64,000 nucleotides of DNA from Kiloniellales bacterium (GCA_030064845.1 JASJEC010000005.1:61451-125450), one strand, 5' to 3'; shown: positions 1 to 9,749, numbered from the stretch's first letter. Numbers and translations: made by a program. Notes: a model not told the origin generated them from the letters alone.

Positions 1-11
1 CCGGGGGCGGC

Positions 12-440
12 ATGACCGGCGCGCTCGACAGCATGATCCGGCTGCACCGCTGGATGCTCGACGAGAAACGGCGCAGCCTCGCCGACCTGCAGGTCTTCGC
101 CGAGAAGCTGAAGGACGACATGACCCAGCTGGACCGGGACCTGGAGCGAGAGAGCGACGCCCTGGAGGACGAGGGCACGGTCGCCCTGGCCTATCCGACC
201 TTTGTCGCCGTGGCCCTGGAACGGCGCCAGAAGCTCAGCGACTCCATCGCTAACCTCGAAACCGAGATCGAGGCGGCCCGCGAGGAGGTCGCCGAAGCTT
301 TCCGCGAACTCAAGCGGTTCGAGGCAGCAAGAGACTCCCAGCAGGCCCAGGCCAAGGCCGAACGGGCGCGGCGTGAGCGCATCAACCAGGACGAGCTGGC
401 GGTCGGGCTCTATCGGCGCAGCCGCAGCAAGAGCGCCTAG
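12..440 (+). CDS. fliJ: Flagellar export protein FliJ (alphaproteobacterial type)
   Basis: 142-aa charged coiled-coil ORF (LHRWMLDEKRRSLADLQ...EIEAAREEVAEAFRELKRFE) of the FliJ type, in a flagellar region; TAG stop at 438-440. Confidence 0.6.
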   Translation: MTGALDSMIRLHRWMLDEKRRSLADLQVFAEKLKDDMTQLDRDLERESDALEDEGTVALAYPTFVAVALERRQKLSDSIANLETEIEAAREEVAEAFRELKRFEAARDSQQAQAKAERARRERINQDELAVGLYRRSRSKSA

Positions 441-446
441 CCGGCT

Positions 447-578
447 GTTGAGTGCTTCGCCGGCACCATCACCCTTCGACAGGGTCAGGGTGAGGGCGAA
501 GCATTTCAGAAACATACCCTCATCCTGAGCTTGTCGAAGGATGACCGTGGTCGAGCGCTCAGGAGTTTCTCAGCACCC
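447..578. repeat. Palindromic intergenic repeat, family C, copy 1 of 2 (boundaries approximate)
   Basis: Core gccggcaccatcacccttcgaca.g.tcagggtgagg ... accctcatcc ... cttgtcgaaggatgaccgtg is shared with 34828-34960. The two arms are complementary (long imperfect hairpin). Lies between convergent fliJ and the 581-2305 gene. Confidence 0.7.
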
Positions 579-580
579 TG

Positions 581-2305
581 CTAGATCACCAGGTTCGGGC
601 CGCGCTCGGCCGGATGGCTGCCGGCGGGTTCGATCGCGGCCCAGTCCTCGGCGGTCTGGAAACCTATTCGGCCCTTCGCGCCGGTGATGGCGTTGGCTTC
701 CTGGAAGATCGCCGCGATATCGCTGCGCAGCCGGCTGCCGAGGAGGCGTCTGCTGCGCAGAATGAGGTCGAAGCGCTCGCCCGTCACCAGGCCGTCGAGC
801 TGCAGCTCGCCCAGGCGCGAGAGCGCAAGTTCCACGACGAAACGTGTCGCGCGCGGCCCGGAATCGTCGCCGGGCCGCGCCGGCTTGCGGCGCAGGTAGA
901 AGTGGACCGGCATCACCGCGCCCTCGTGAACGAGCGGAAGGGCGAGCAGGCGCCAGTCGCCGCCCGGCGTTTCCGCCTGGCGGCTCATCTGGTTGAACTC
1001 CTGGCCGAGGCGGGTCACGAGCTCGGCGCGGCCGAGACGCTCCAGGCGCTCCAGGGCGCCGCTGCCCAGCCAGGCCGGCAGCGACCCGCCGCTGAGCGCG
1101 CTCATCAGGAACAGCAGGCCCGAGCCCAGCCGGGGTCCCGTGCGCGGCACGAGCTCCGCCGGGCCGGCGTTGCTCGGCGGCCCGGCTGCGGGCCCGGCCT
1201 CCTCCGTGGCCAGGACCTGCAAGGCCTCGACCAGGGCCGGCCAGCCCCGGTTCGCCGGTTCGGCGGCCGCGGGCCTCGGCCCCGCCGCGGGCAGCTGGAG
1301 CGCGAGGCCTACCCGGTCGCCGGCCGCCAGGCCGGCCTGGGGCGCCAGGAGCAGCTTGCCGAGGGGGGTGGCGACGACGACGCGGCCGTCTCTGGTGGTG
1401 GCGGTGACCCGGCCGTCCACCATCGGCTGCAGGAGCGGACGTGTGCCCGCGACGATGCTCTCGGGCGGTGTGGCGACGGTCCGCTGCGGGGCGGGCGCGG
1501 CGGACGGCCCCGGGGGCGGGGGTGCGGCCGAAGCCCCGGCCGGCGCGGCCTGTGGGCCGCGCGGGGCCGTGATAGCTTGGGTCGGGGCCGCTTGGGCCGG
1601 GGCCGCTGGCGTGGGTCGCACCGGGACAGGCGCGCCGCTGCGCTCCAGCGCCGGCACCGGCTGCTTGATGACCGGCGCGTCGGCTGCCGGCGGGTTCGCG
1701 GGGAGGCCTCCAGGCGCCGCGGCGGGCCGGCCGGCAGCACCGATCGGCGGCGGGGTTTCGGACAGAAGAGAAAGGACGCGGACGGCGATCCGGGCGCCCG
1801 GCCGCAGCTCCGGCATGCCCGGCCGATTAGCGGCCTCGCCCGGGGCGGGCCCGGCGAGCACGGTCGCGGTGATTGCCGGCTGCCGCCCGACCGTGTCCTG
1901 CGGGCCGGCGGCCGGGACCCGGAGCTCCGTGGCCGCGCCGCCGCGGTCGCCCGCCGCCGGCCGGGACGGGGGCGGCTGGACCGAGGGCGGCGTCGGCGGT
2001 CGGTCGCCCTCCGCGGGTTGCGGCAGGATGACCAGGGCGCCGCCGGATCCGCTCGGGAGCTGGACCAGGACGGTCCGCAGGGCGGCCGGGGCGTTGCGGG
2101 CGGCGACCTCGAGATCGCCGAGCGCCGTCGCGATGACGATCGTCCCCCCGGCGCCGCGCCCGGCGACCAGGCCGCGCAGCAGGCTACCGGCGGGAAGCTC
2201 CGCCAGCGCCTCGGGGGCCGAGACCAGGGTTCCCTTGACCGCAGGCTCCGGCGTCGCCGGGGCGCCGGCGGGGGGGCGCGGCGGCGCGGGCGGGACCCCG
2301 CTCAC
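581..2305 (-). CDS. Pro/Ala-rich flagellar-cluster protein with FliK-like C-terminal region (function unproven)
   Basis: 574-aa ORF. Its GTG start overlaps the flhG stop (GTGA at 2302-2305). C-terminus TRFVVELALSRLGELQLDGLVTGERFDLILRS resembles the hook-length-control C-terminal pattern; the rest is low-complexity P/A-rich. Confidence 0.55.
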   Translation of the reverse strand: MSGVPPAPPRPPAGAPATPEPAVKGTLVSAPEALAELPAGSLLRGLVAGRGAGGTIVIATALGDLEVAARNAPAALRTVLVQLPSGSGGALVILPQPAEGDRPPTPPSVQPPPSRPAAGDRGGAATELRVPAAGPQDTVGRQPAITATVLAGPAPGEAANRPGMPELRPGARIAVRVLSLLSETPPPIGAAGRPAAAPGGLPANPPAADAPVIKQPVPALERSGAPVPVRPTPAAPAQAAPTQAITAPRGPQAAPAGASAAPPPPGPSAAPAPQRTVATPPESIVAGTRPLLQPMVDGRVTATTRDGRVVVATPLGKLLLAPQAGLAAGDRVGLALQLPAAGPRPAAAEPANRGWPALVEALQVLATEEAGPAAGPPSNAGPAELVPRTGPRLGSGLLFLMSALSGGSLPAWLGSGALERLERLGRAELVTRLGQEFNQMSRQAETPGGDWRLLALPLVHEGAVMPVHFYLRRKPARPGDDSGPRATRFVVELALSRLGELQLDGLVTGERFDLILRSRRLLGSRLRSDIAAIFQEANAITGAKGRIGFQTAEDWAAIEPAGSHPAERGPNLVI

Positions 2306-3102
2306 CGCTCCCTCAGCAGTCCCTGGGCGAGCTTCTCCACGTCCTGGGCCGCCTGGCAGGAGGGGAAGCGGGTCAGGATCGGCGTCTGGCTGCGGATCGA
2401 GTCTTTCACCTTGCTATCGCGGCGGATGATGCCGCCCAGCGGCGGCCGCGACTTGAGGAAGGACTCGCAGGCCTTTACCAGGGTCTCGTAGGTCGCGCGC
2501 CCGGCGCTCTCGCTGTCCGCCAGGTTGACCACCACGCGGATATCGGCGTCCGGGCGCTGCTGCAGGAGCAGCTTGATGAAGGCATAGGCGTCGGTGAGAG
2601 AGGTCGGCTCGTCGGTGAGGACGACCAGGCAACGCCCGCTCCGGGCAGCCAGATGGCGCACGGTGCGGTCGACGCCGGCGCCGAGGTCGAGCACCACGTC
2701 CTGATAGTCTGCCGCCAGGGTCTCCAGGTCGTCGCCGAGCGCGACCAGGCGGGCCGGCGCGAGGCTGGCCAGGGAGCCGGACCCGGAGCGCCCGGCAATG
2801 ATGTCGAAGCCACCGTCGGCGAAGGTCGTCACCGCCCGCTTCAGGCCGTAGTGCGCGACGAGGACGCCGCCCAGGTCCCGCTCGGGCGCCAGGCCCAGCT
2901 GGATATCGACGTTCGCGAGACCGAGGTCGCCGTCGAAAAGCAGCGCCCTGCGTCCCGCCTTCGCGAAGGCCTGGCTTAGAGAAATGGCGAGCCAGGTCTT
3001 GCCGACGCCGCCCTTGCCGGAGGCGATGGCGATGAACTTGCTGCAGCATGGAGGCGCTTCGCGCAGCGGGAGAGGTGGCTCCGCGCCGATGGCCTGTGTC
3101 AT
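2302..3102 (-). CDS. flhG: MinD/ParA-type flagellar number regulator FlhG/FleN
   Basis: Deviant Walker A IASGKGGVGKTW. ATG at 3102 overlaps the flhF stop (ATGA); the longer 348-aa track ORF has an Arg-rich non-homologous N-extension. Confidence 0.8.
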   Translation of the reverse strand: MTQAIGAEPPLPLREAPPCCSKFIAIASGKGGVGKTWLAISLSQAFAKAGRRALLFDGDLGLANVDIQLGLAPERDLGGVLVAHYGLKRAVTTFADGGFDIIAGRSGSGSLASLAPARLVALGDDLETLAADYQDVVLDLGAGVDRTVRHLAARSGRCLVVLTDEPTSLTDAYAFIKLLLQQRPDADIRVVVNLADSESAGRATYETLVKACESFLKSRPPLGGIIRRDSKVKDSIRSQTPILTRFPSCQAAQDVEKLAQGLLRER

Positions 3103-4085
3103 GGATCGGTCCCTGTCGCTGGAAGGGTTGCGGGTCTGGGCGGCCGAACGCCGGAGAGCAGGAGGCGGGCCAGGGAAACGGGGTTCACGGCGGTCAAGCC
3201 GCCGCCGATCGTGGGCGAGATGCCGACGCCGCAGAGCACGAGACCGCCGGCGTCCGCGGCGCTCAGGATGCCGCCGAGACGCCGCGTCGTGTCCAGCTTG
3301 GTGGCGATCAGGCTGCGGGCGCCCCAGGCGGCGAAGATCTCGGCCCACTCGGCCGCCTCCAGCACGTCGCCGCCGGCGCCCATGACCAGGACCACGTGCG
3401 CCGAGACGGCCTCGGCGGCCTCGGCCAGCGCGGCGCCCGCCCGGTCGTCGAGCGGATTGCAGCCGGGCGTGTCGATCACCACGAGGCCCTCGAGCGGACC
3501 GGGCGTCACCAGGGCCGCCAGCTGCTCGACCGTCTCGGCCTTCCTGAGCGGCGCCTCCAGCGCCTCGGCGAAGGCTACGATCTGCGACAGCCCGCCCGCC
3601 TTGTCGGCATCCATGGTGACCAGGCGGACGGTCTCGCCGATCTCCTGGCGGAACCGCGCGCAGAGCTTGGCGGCGGTCGCCGTCTTGCCGGCGCCCGGCG
3701 GTCCGATCAGCATGACCGGCCGGCCGTCGGCGCCGTCCGGCGGCGTGGCGAAGCGGAAGACGGCGTCGATCGCTCCGCCCAGGGCCATCGAGCCCTCCGG
3801 CGCCGGCAGCTCCCCGGCCGCCGCCAGAAGGCGGTCGGCCAGGCCCAGGGGCACCCGGTGATGCTCCAGCGCGTCGGCCAGACGATCGAGCGAATCGAGA
3901 GGCTCCGGCGCGGCGCCCTGCTCCAGCGCCGAGAAGGCCTCGTCTTCCAGCGCCGCGGTGATCTTGACCTTGCCGGTGACGGAATCGTTTTGGGTCGAGA
4001 GGATCACCGCGTCATCGCCGAGCTGGGCGCGGACCATGGCCATGGCCTCGGGAACGCTGGACGCTATGAAACTCTTAAGGCGCAT
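3099..4085 (-). CDS. flhF: SRP-type GTPase FlhF
   Basis: GTPase motifs LIGPPGAGKTATAAKL, IDTPG and TKLD; located between flhA and flhG. Confidence 0.85.
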   Translation of the reverse strand: MRLKSFIASSVPEAMAMVRAQLGDDAVILSTQNDSVTGKVKITAALEDEAFSALEQGAAPEPLDSLDRLADALEHHRVPLGLADRLLAAAGELPAPEGSMALGGAIDAVFRFATPPDGADGRPVMLIGPPGAGKTATAAKLCARFRQEIGETVRLVTMDADKAGGLSQIVAFAEALEAPLRKAETVEQLAALVTPGPLEGLVVIDTPGCNPLDDRAGAALAEAAEAVSAHVVLVMGAGGDVLEAAEWAEIFAAWGARSLIATKLDTTRRLGGILSAADAGGLVLCGVGISPTIGGGLTAVNPVSLARLLLSGVRPPRPATLPATGTDP

Positions 4086-4095
4086 CTCTCGCTGC

Positions 4096-6210
4096 TCAAA
4101 TCTGGCCCAAGGTCTTGATCTTCACCTTGGCGTGTATCTCGTTCTGGGACAGAACCGCGGTCTCTGGTCGGAAGCGCTCGACGATCGAGCGCACGTAGTG
4201 GCGGATGCCCGGCGAGCAGAGCAGGGCCGGGCTCTCGCCCGACGCGGCGTGCTGCGCGAAGGCCTGCCGGACCTCGACGATGAAGTCCTGCAGTTGGGAC
4301 GGGGCCAGGGATAGACGGCGATCCTCGCCTTCGCCCACCAGGGAGTCGGCGAAGGCCTGCTCCCATCGGGCTGACAGGGCGACCAGGGGAATGTAGCCAT
4401 CGGGGTTGAGCAGGCCATGGGAGATCTGGCGGGCCAGGCGGGCGCGCACGTGCTCGGTGATCGCGCCGATGTTGCGCGTGAAGCTGCAGGCCTCGGAGAT
4501 GCCCTCCAGGATGGTCGAGAGGTCGCGGATCGAGATCCGCTCCGACAACAGGTTCTGCAGGACCCGCTGGACGCCGCCCAGGGCGATCTGGTTGGGGATC
4601 ATGTCGGCGATCAGCTTCTGCTGATCGGAGCCGAGCTCGTCGAGCAGCTTCTGGGTCTCGGCGTAGGACAACAGCTCGGGCATGTTGTCCTTGATGATCT
4701 CGGTCAGGTGCGTGGCGATCACGGTCTGCGGGTCGACCACGGTGTAGCCGCGGAATAGGGCCTCCTCGCGCTGGCCGGCGTCGATCCAGCGCGCCGGCAG
4801 GCCGAAAGTCGGCTCGACGGTCTCCTCGCCGACCAGGCTGATCGGCTCGCCTTTTGGATCCATGACCAGCAGCATGTTGGGGCGCAGGTCGCCGCGGCCG
4901 GCATCGATCTCCTTGATCCGGATGACATAGGTGTTGGCGGCCAGCTGCAGGTTGTCCTGGATCCGCACCGACGGCAGGACGAAGCCCATGTCCTGGGCGA
5001 GCTGCCGGCGCAGGGCCTTGATCTGGTCGGTGATCTTCTGTCCGACCTGGTCGTGGATCAGGCCGAGCAGGCCGTAGCCGAGCTCGAGACGAACGTGGTC
5101 GATCTGCAGCGCGTGGGCGATCGGCTCCTCGGCGGCCTGGGCCTGCGGCGCGCTCGACCGCTCGGCCTCGACCCGGGCCTGCTCCGCCTCCTCCTGGCGC
5201 CTGGTCAGCAGCCAGGCGGAACCGCCCGAGAGCGCGGCCAGCATGATGAAGGGGAGGAACGGGATTCCCGGCAGGAGCGCCAGCGCCGCCATGAGAAAGG
5301 AGGAGAGGCCGAGCGCGCGGGGATAGGCGCCGAGCTGGCCGAACAGGGCCTTGTCGGTCGACCCCGTCGTGGCCGAGCGCGAGACCAGCAGGCCGGCCGC
5401 GGTCGAAACGATGATCGCCGGGATCTGGGTGACCAGCCCGTCGCCGACGGTCAGCACGGTGTAGCTCTCGCCCGCCTCGGAGAGGCTCAGGCCCATCTGC
5501 GCCGTGCCGATGATGATGCCACCGACGATGTTGATGAAGGTGATCAGCAGCCCGGCGATGGCGTCGCCGCGCACGAACTTGGCGGCGCCGTCCATCGCGC
5601 CGTAGAAGTTGCTCTCGTCCTCCAGGTCCCTGCGCCGCTGTCGCGCTTCGTTCTCGTCGATCAGGCCCGCCGAGAGGTCGGCGTCGATCGCCATCTGCTT
5701 GCCCGGCATGGCGTCGAGGCTGAAGCGCGCCGAGACCTCGGCGATACGGCCCGAGCCCTTGGTGATGACGATGAAGTTCACGATCACCAGGATGCCGAAC
5801 ACGATCATCCCGATGACGAAGTTGCCGCTCATGACGAAGTTGCCGAAGGCCTGAATGACCTTGCCGGCGGCGTCTGGACCGCGGTGACCCTCGGCCAGGA
5901 TCAGCCGGGTCGAGGCCAGATTGAGCGACAGGCGCAGCATGGTCGCGATCAGCAGAACCGTGGGAAACGAGCTGAACTCGAGCGGCCGGCTGATGAACAG
6001 CACGGTCATCAGGATCAGTACAGAGAAGGTGATCGAGAGCGCCAGGGAGATGTCGAGCAGCCAGCTCGGCATCGGCAGAATGAGCACGACCAGGATGCAG
6101 ACAACGCCGAGGGCGAGGGCGACGTCGCCCCGGCGCAGCGCCTTCAGGATCTGGCCGAAGCCGTCGCCGGTTCTGCCGCCGAGTTCGTCCTGCGATGCCG
6201 TGTCGGACAT
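4096..6210 (-). CDS. flhA: Flagellar type III export gate protein FlhA
   Basis: 704 aa with an N-terminal polytopic region (GDGLVTQIPAIIVSTAAGLLVSR) and a large cytoplasmic domain, full-length FHIPEP-family pattern. Confidence 0.95.
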   Translation of the reverse strand: MSDTASQDELGGRTGDGFGQILKALRRGDVALALGVVCILVVLILPMPSWLLDISLALSITFSVLILMTVLFISRPLEFSSFPTVLLIATMLRLSLNLASTRLILAEGHRGPDAAGKVIQAFGNFVMSGNFVIGMIVFGILVIVNFIVITKGSGRIAEVSARFSLDAMPGKQMAIDADLSAGLIDENEARQRRRDLEDESNFYGAMDGAAKFVRGDAIAGLLITFINIVGGIIIGTAQMGLSLSEAGESYTVLTVGDGLVTQIPAIIVSTAAGLLVSRSATTGSTDKALFGQLGAYPRALGLSSFLMAALALLPGIPFLPFIMLAALSGGSAWLLTRRQEEAEQARVEAERSSAPQAQAAEEPIAHALQIDHVRLELGYGLLGLIHDQVGQKITDQIKALRRQLAQDMGFVLPSVRIQDNLQLAANTYVIRIKEIDAGRGDLRPNMLLVMDPKGEPISLVGEETVEPTFGLPARWIDAGQREEALFRGYTVVDPQTVIATHLTEIIKDNMPELLSYAETQKLLDELGSDQQKLIADMIPNQIALGGVQRVLQNLLSERISIRDLSTILEGISEACSFTRNIGAITEHVRARLARQISHGLLNPDGYIPLVALSARWEQAFADSLVGEGEDRRLSLAPSQLQDFIVEVRQAFAQHAASGESPALLCSPGIRHYVRSIVERFRPETAVLSQNEIHAKVKIKTLGQI

Positions 6211-6249
6211 GGCTGGGGGCTATCTCCCGCGCTGCTCTCGCCCGGCGCC

Positions 6250-7641
6250 TCAGGCCGGCGCCCGCTCGCTCTCGCCGGGTGCGGGCACGCGTATGCCGTC
6301 CTGGCTGTAGAGCTTGAGCTTGTTGCGCAGCGTGCGGATCGAGATGCCGAGGATGTTGGCGGCGTGGGTCCGGTTGCCGAGGCAGTGCTCCAGCGTGTCG
6401 AGGATCAGGTCCCGCTCGACGTCGGCCACGGTCCGACCGACCAGCCCGCGCATGGTCGCGGCCTCCCCGTCGGCCGCGCCGTCGCCGCCCGCCTTCGGGC
6501 GCTCGCCCGCGGCGGCCCGGTCGCCGGCCTCGGCCGCCAGCGCGCCGCCGGTCAGGACGATGGCGCCGGCCGTGACCCGGCCGTCCTCGGCCAGAAGGAC
6601 CGCCCGGTGCATGGTGTTCTCGAGCTCGCGGACGTTGCCGCGCCAGCTGTGTGCCTGGAGCGCCACAAGGGCTTCAACCTCCAGGGACGGCTTGGCGACG
6701 CCGTTGGCCTCGGCGTACTTGGCTAGGAAATGCTCGGCCAGGACCTCCAGGTCGCGCGGCCGCTTGCGCAGAGGCAGCAGCGCGATGTTGACCACATTGA
6801 GCCGGAAGAAGAGGTCCTCGCGGAAACGGCCCTGGCGCACTTCCTCAACGAGGTCACGGTTCGAGGTGGCGACCAGGCGGATGTCGACCTTGATCGGCTG
6901 GGTGCCGCCGACCCGGTCGATTTCCATCTCCTGGATGGCGCGCAGCATCTTGGCCTGCAGCCGCGGATCCATCTCCGAGATCTCGTCGAGCAGCAGCGTG
7001 CCGCCATGAGCCTCCTCGAACTTGCCGATCCGCCGGGCGACGGCGCCGGTGAAGGCGCCCTTCTCGTGCCCGAACAGTTCCGACTCGAGCAGATTGTCGG
7101 GGATCGCCGCGCAGTTGACCGAGATGAAAGGCTTGTTGGCGCGCTTGGAGCGGCTGTGGATGTAGCGCGCCATGACCTCCTTGCCGGTTCCCGACTCCCC
7201 GGTGATCAGCACGCTCGCGCTGGCCGGCGCGATCTGCTCGGCGAGCTTCAGGATGCCGCCCATGGCGGGGTCGCGGGTGATGAAGGCGTTGGTCTCCTCG
7301 ACCACCGCCGCCAGCACCGCCGCGATCAGCTCGGGGTCAGGCGGCAGCGGCAGGTATTCCTTGGCGCCGGCGCGGATCGCGGTGACCGCGCGGTCGGTAT
7401 CGTTGCCGATGCCGCAGGCGACGACCGGGATGGAGATGCGCTCGGATTCCAGACGGGTGATCAGCTCCCCGACATCGAGCACGACATCGGCGAAGACCAG
7501 ATCGGCGCCCTGGCCGGAACGCAGCGCCGCGAGCGCGGCGCCCACGTCGGAGACGTGGGCGACCTTGGCGCCGCGGTCCAGCGCGATCTTGCCGGCGGCG
7601 GCGATGTGCCCTTCCAGGGTTCCAACGATGAGAAGCCGCAT
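6250..7641 (-). CDS. flbD: Sigma-54-dependent flagellar activator FlbD
   Basis: Receiver-like N-terminus MRLLIVGTLEGH..., AAA+ core GESGTGKE / ELFGHEKGAFTGA, and C-terminal HTH NILGISIRTLRNKLK. Closely resembles Caulobacter FlbD as I recall it. Confidence 0.9.
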   Translation of the reverse strand: MRLLIVGTLEGHIAAAGKIALDRGAKVAHVSDVGAALAALRSGQGADLVFADVVLDVGELITRLESERISIPVVACGIGNDTDRAVTAIRAGAKEYLPLPPDPELIAAVLAAVVEETNAFITRDPAMGGILKLAEQIAPASASVLITGESGTGKEVMARYIHSRSKRANKPFISVNCAAIPDNLLESELFGHEKGAFTGAVARRIGKFEEAHGGTLLLDEISEMDPRLQAKMLRAIQEMEIDRVGGTQPIKVDIRLVATSNRDLVEEVRQGRFREDLFFRLNVVNIALLPLRKRPRDLEVLAEHFLAKYAEANGVAKPSLEVEALVALQAHSWRGNVRELENTMHRAVLLAEDGRVTAGAIVLTGGALAAEAGDRAAAGERPKAGGDGAADGEAATMRGLVGRTVADVERDLILDTLEHCLGNRTHAANILGISIRTLRNKLKLYSQDGIRVPAPGESERAPA

Positions 7642-7666
7642 CGAACGTCTCCAACTCAGCTCGGGT

Positions 7667-8521
7667 TCAATCGAAGTACTTCAGCCGCGCGGCGGGCGGC
7701 AGCAGGGTGTTCAGGGCGATCTCCAGCCGGCGCGGGTTCTCCTGCCGGCTGATCGAGGCCGCGCCCAGGGCGTAGATCCGGTTGGCCTCGGCCTCGACCT
7801 GGGAGTTGCGCTCCAGCTTGTTGGCCAGCGGATTGAAGACCATGTTGGCCAGCACCGCGCCGTAGAAGGTGGTCAGGAGCGCGACCGCCATGGCCGGACC
7901 GATTGTCGAGGGGTCTTCCAGGCTGCCCAGCATCTGCACCAGCCCGACCAGGGTGCCGATCAGGCCCATGGCCGGCGCCACCTCGCCGGCGCGGCGCAGC
8001 ACGCCGGCCGCGCGCCAGTGTCGCTCCGCGGTCTGTTCCGCCTCGATGGCGAGGATCCGCTCGATCTCCTCGGCCGGCAGGCCGTCGATCACCAGGGAGA
8101 GCGCCCGTTTCAGGAACAGACCGGGGGGCATGCCGGCCAGGCGGCTCTGCAGCGACATCAGCCCCTTGCCCCGGGCGTTCTCGGCCATTTCGATGACCAG
8201 CAGGGCAGCCCGCTCGGGCCGCTCGGCGTGATAGACAAGCGCGCGCAGCATGACCAGCTGGGCCCTCATCACCTCTTCGAAGGTGAAGGAGATGGTGGTG
8301 ACCATGAAGGTCCCGCCGATCACGATCAGCAGCCCCGGCAGATTGAGGAAGTTGCCGATCGCGCCGCCGAGATAGATCGCCAGGCCGATCAGGGCGAAGC
8401 TGCCGAGCGCCCCCAGCAGCGTCGCGAAGTCGACCGCCGGGCGCACCGATACCGTGCGCCCGCGCGGAGCGGGGCGCCGGCGGACGGCGTTGCGGGCTCT
8501 GGTGCTGCCTACGTTGGCCAT
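7667..8521 (-). CDS. motA: Flagellar stator protein MotA (MotA/TolQ/ExbB family)
   Basis: C-terminal channel motif PAMGLIGTLVGLVQMLGSL...TTFYGAVLANMVFNPLANKL. Start uncertain (ATG 8521 or GTG 8447). No motB adjacent. Confidence 0.8.
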   Translation of the reverse strand: MANVGSTRARNAVRRRPAPRGRTVSVRPAVDFATLLGALGSFALIGLAIYLGGAIGNFLNLPGLLIVIGGTFMVTTISFTFEEVMRAQLVMLRALVYHAERPERAALLVIEMAENARGKGLMSLQSRLAGMPPGLFLKRALSLVIDGLPAEEIERILAIEAEQTAERHWRAAGVLRRAGEVAPAMGLIGTLVGLVQMLGSLEDPSTIGPAMAVALLTTFYGAVLANMVFNPLANKLERNSQVEAEANRIYALGAASISRQENPRRLEIALNTLLPPAARLKYFD

Positions 8522-8564
8522 GCTTCCTGCGCCGAGTCCTTCCGACTGGCTGTCCCGCGGCCGA

Positions 8565-8921
8565 TCAGCTGCGGTCGACCTTGATGATCTCCGTCATGGT
8601 GACGCCGAGGCGGTCTTCCACCACGACCACCTCGCCGCGGGCGACCAGCCGGTTGTTGACGTAGATGTCGATCGCCTCGCCGACCTTGCGGTCCAGCTCG
8701 ACCACGGCGCCGCGGCCGAGCTTGAGCAGCTGGCTAACCTGCATCGTGGCTCGTCCGAGCACGGCAGAGACCTGGACCGGAATGTCGTAGACGGCTTCCA
8801 GCTCCTTGGCGTTGTTGGGCGGCTGCTGCTGGAAGTCCGCCGGATCTACGAACTCCTCGGGTAGTTCGCCCGAGCTCTCGCCGTCCAGTTCCGACAGTTC
8901 CAGATTCTCGTCTTCGCTCAT
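8565..8921 (-). CDS. fliN: Flagellar motor switch protein FliN
   Basis: Acidic N-terminus followed by a SpoA-type domain VQVSAVLGRATMQVSQLLKLGRGAVVELDRKVGEAIDIYVNNRLVARGEVVVV. Confidence 0.9.
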   Translation of the reverse strand: MSEDENLELSELDGESSGELPEEFVDPADFQQQPPNNAKELEAVYDIPVQVSAVLGRATMQVSQLLKLGRGAVVELDRKVGEAIDIYVNNRLVARGEVVVVEDRLGVTMTEIIKVDRS

Positions 8922-8950
8922 CTTCGGGCTCCCGTTTGGCTGCGTCCGGA

Positions 8951-9745
8951 TCAGCCGGTTGTTAGAGGTTCTGCGATCCCCGGCTCCGGTGTTTCAGGGT
9001 CTGCGGCCGGCCTGCTGCCGGCCTCGAGGTCCGGGCCGGCGTCACCGCCCGCGCCGGTCTCCCGGTCGGGGGCATCGGCGGCTGCGGCTGGTTCGCCGCC
9101 GTGCCCGGTGTGGAGCGCCCGGTCGAGCACCTCATCGATCTCGGCCCAGAGCTCCTGGCTATCGTGTTCGGCGCCGCCGTCGGCCCACTCGACCCGGGCG
9201 TCGGCCGGCCCGAGACCGGCTTCACTGAGCAGCACGATGCGGCCCTCGAAGCCGCAGCCGGCGGCAATGCCGTCGAGCCGCGCCTTGAGCGCGTCGAGCT
9301 GGGCGTCCGGGACCCGGACCACCACGCGGGGCTCGTCCTCCAGGCTGGCCAAGCAGTGCTCGACCAGGCCCTCGATCTCCGCGAGGCCGCCCTGCGCCGC
9401 CATGCTGGGAAACAGCTTCCTGACCACCGACACGGCGACCCGGATCGCCCGTTCCTCGCGCTGCCGGGCGCTCTGCGCGGCGTCCTCGCCGAGCCGGGAA
9501 AGCTGCTGCTCGATCGCGGAGAGCGCCGCGGCGGCGCTCTGTTCGGCGCCGGCCAGCGCCTCGGCCCGGCCGGCCGCTTCGCCCGCGGCGTAGCCCTTGC
9601 GTTCCGCCTCGGCCAGTTCCTCGACGCCGAAGCTCGGCGCCGCCTCGGCTTCCGCCGCGCGCTCGGCCTCGCGGGCCAGCGCGCGCTCGTCGAAGCTGGT
9701 CTGGAACAGGAACTTTTCCGGTCGCGCCATCTCACACTCCGACAT
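8951..9745 (-). CDS. fliH: FliH-like flagellar assembly protein
   Basis: Position between fliG and fliN. Has a Glu/Ala-rich coiled N-half and a C-half RVVVRVPDAQLDALKARL...ARVEWADGGAEHD. Second ATG at 9730 has the better GGAG Shine-Dalgarno. Confidence 0.55.
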   Translation of the reverse strand: MSECEMARPEKFLFQTSFDERALAREAERAAEAEAAPSFGVEELAEAERKGYAAGEAAGRAEALAGAEQSAAAALSAIEQQLSRLGEDAAQSARQREERAIRVAVSVVRKLFPSMAAQGGLAEIEGLVEHCLASLEDEPRVVVRVPDAQLDALKARLDGIAAGCGFEGRIVLLSEAGLGPADARVEWADGGAEHDSQELWAEIDEVLDRALHTGHGGEPAAAADAPDRETGAGGDAGPDLEAGSRPAADPETPEPGIAEPLTTG

Positions 9746-9749
9746 CGGT

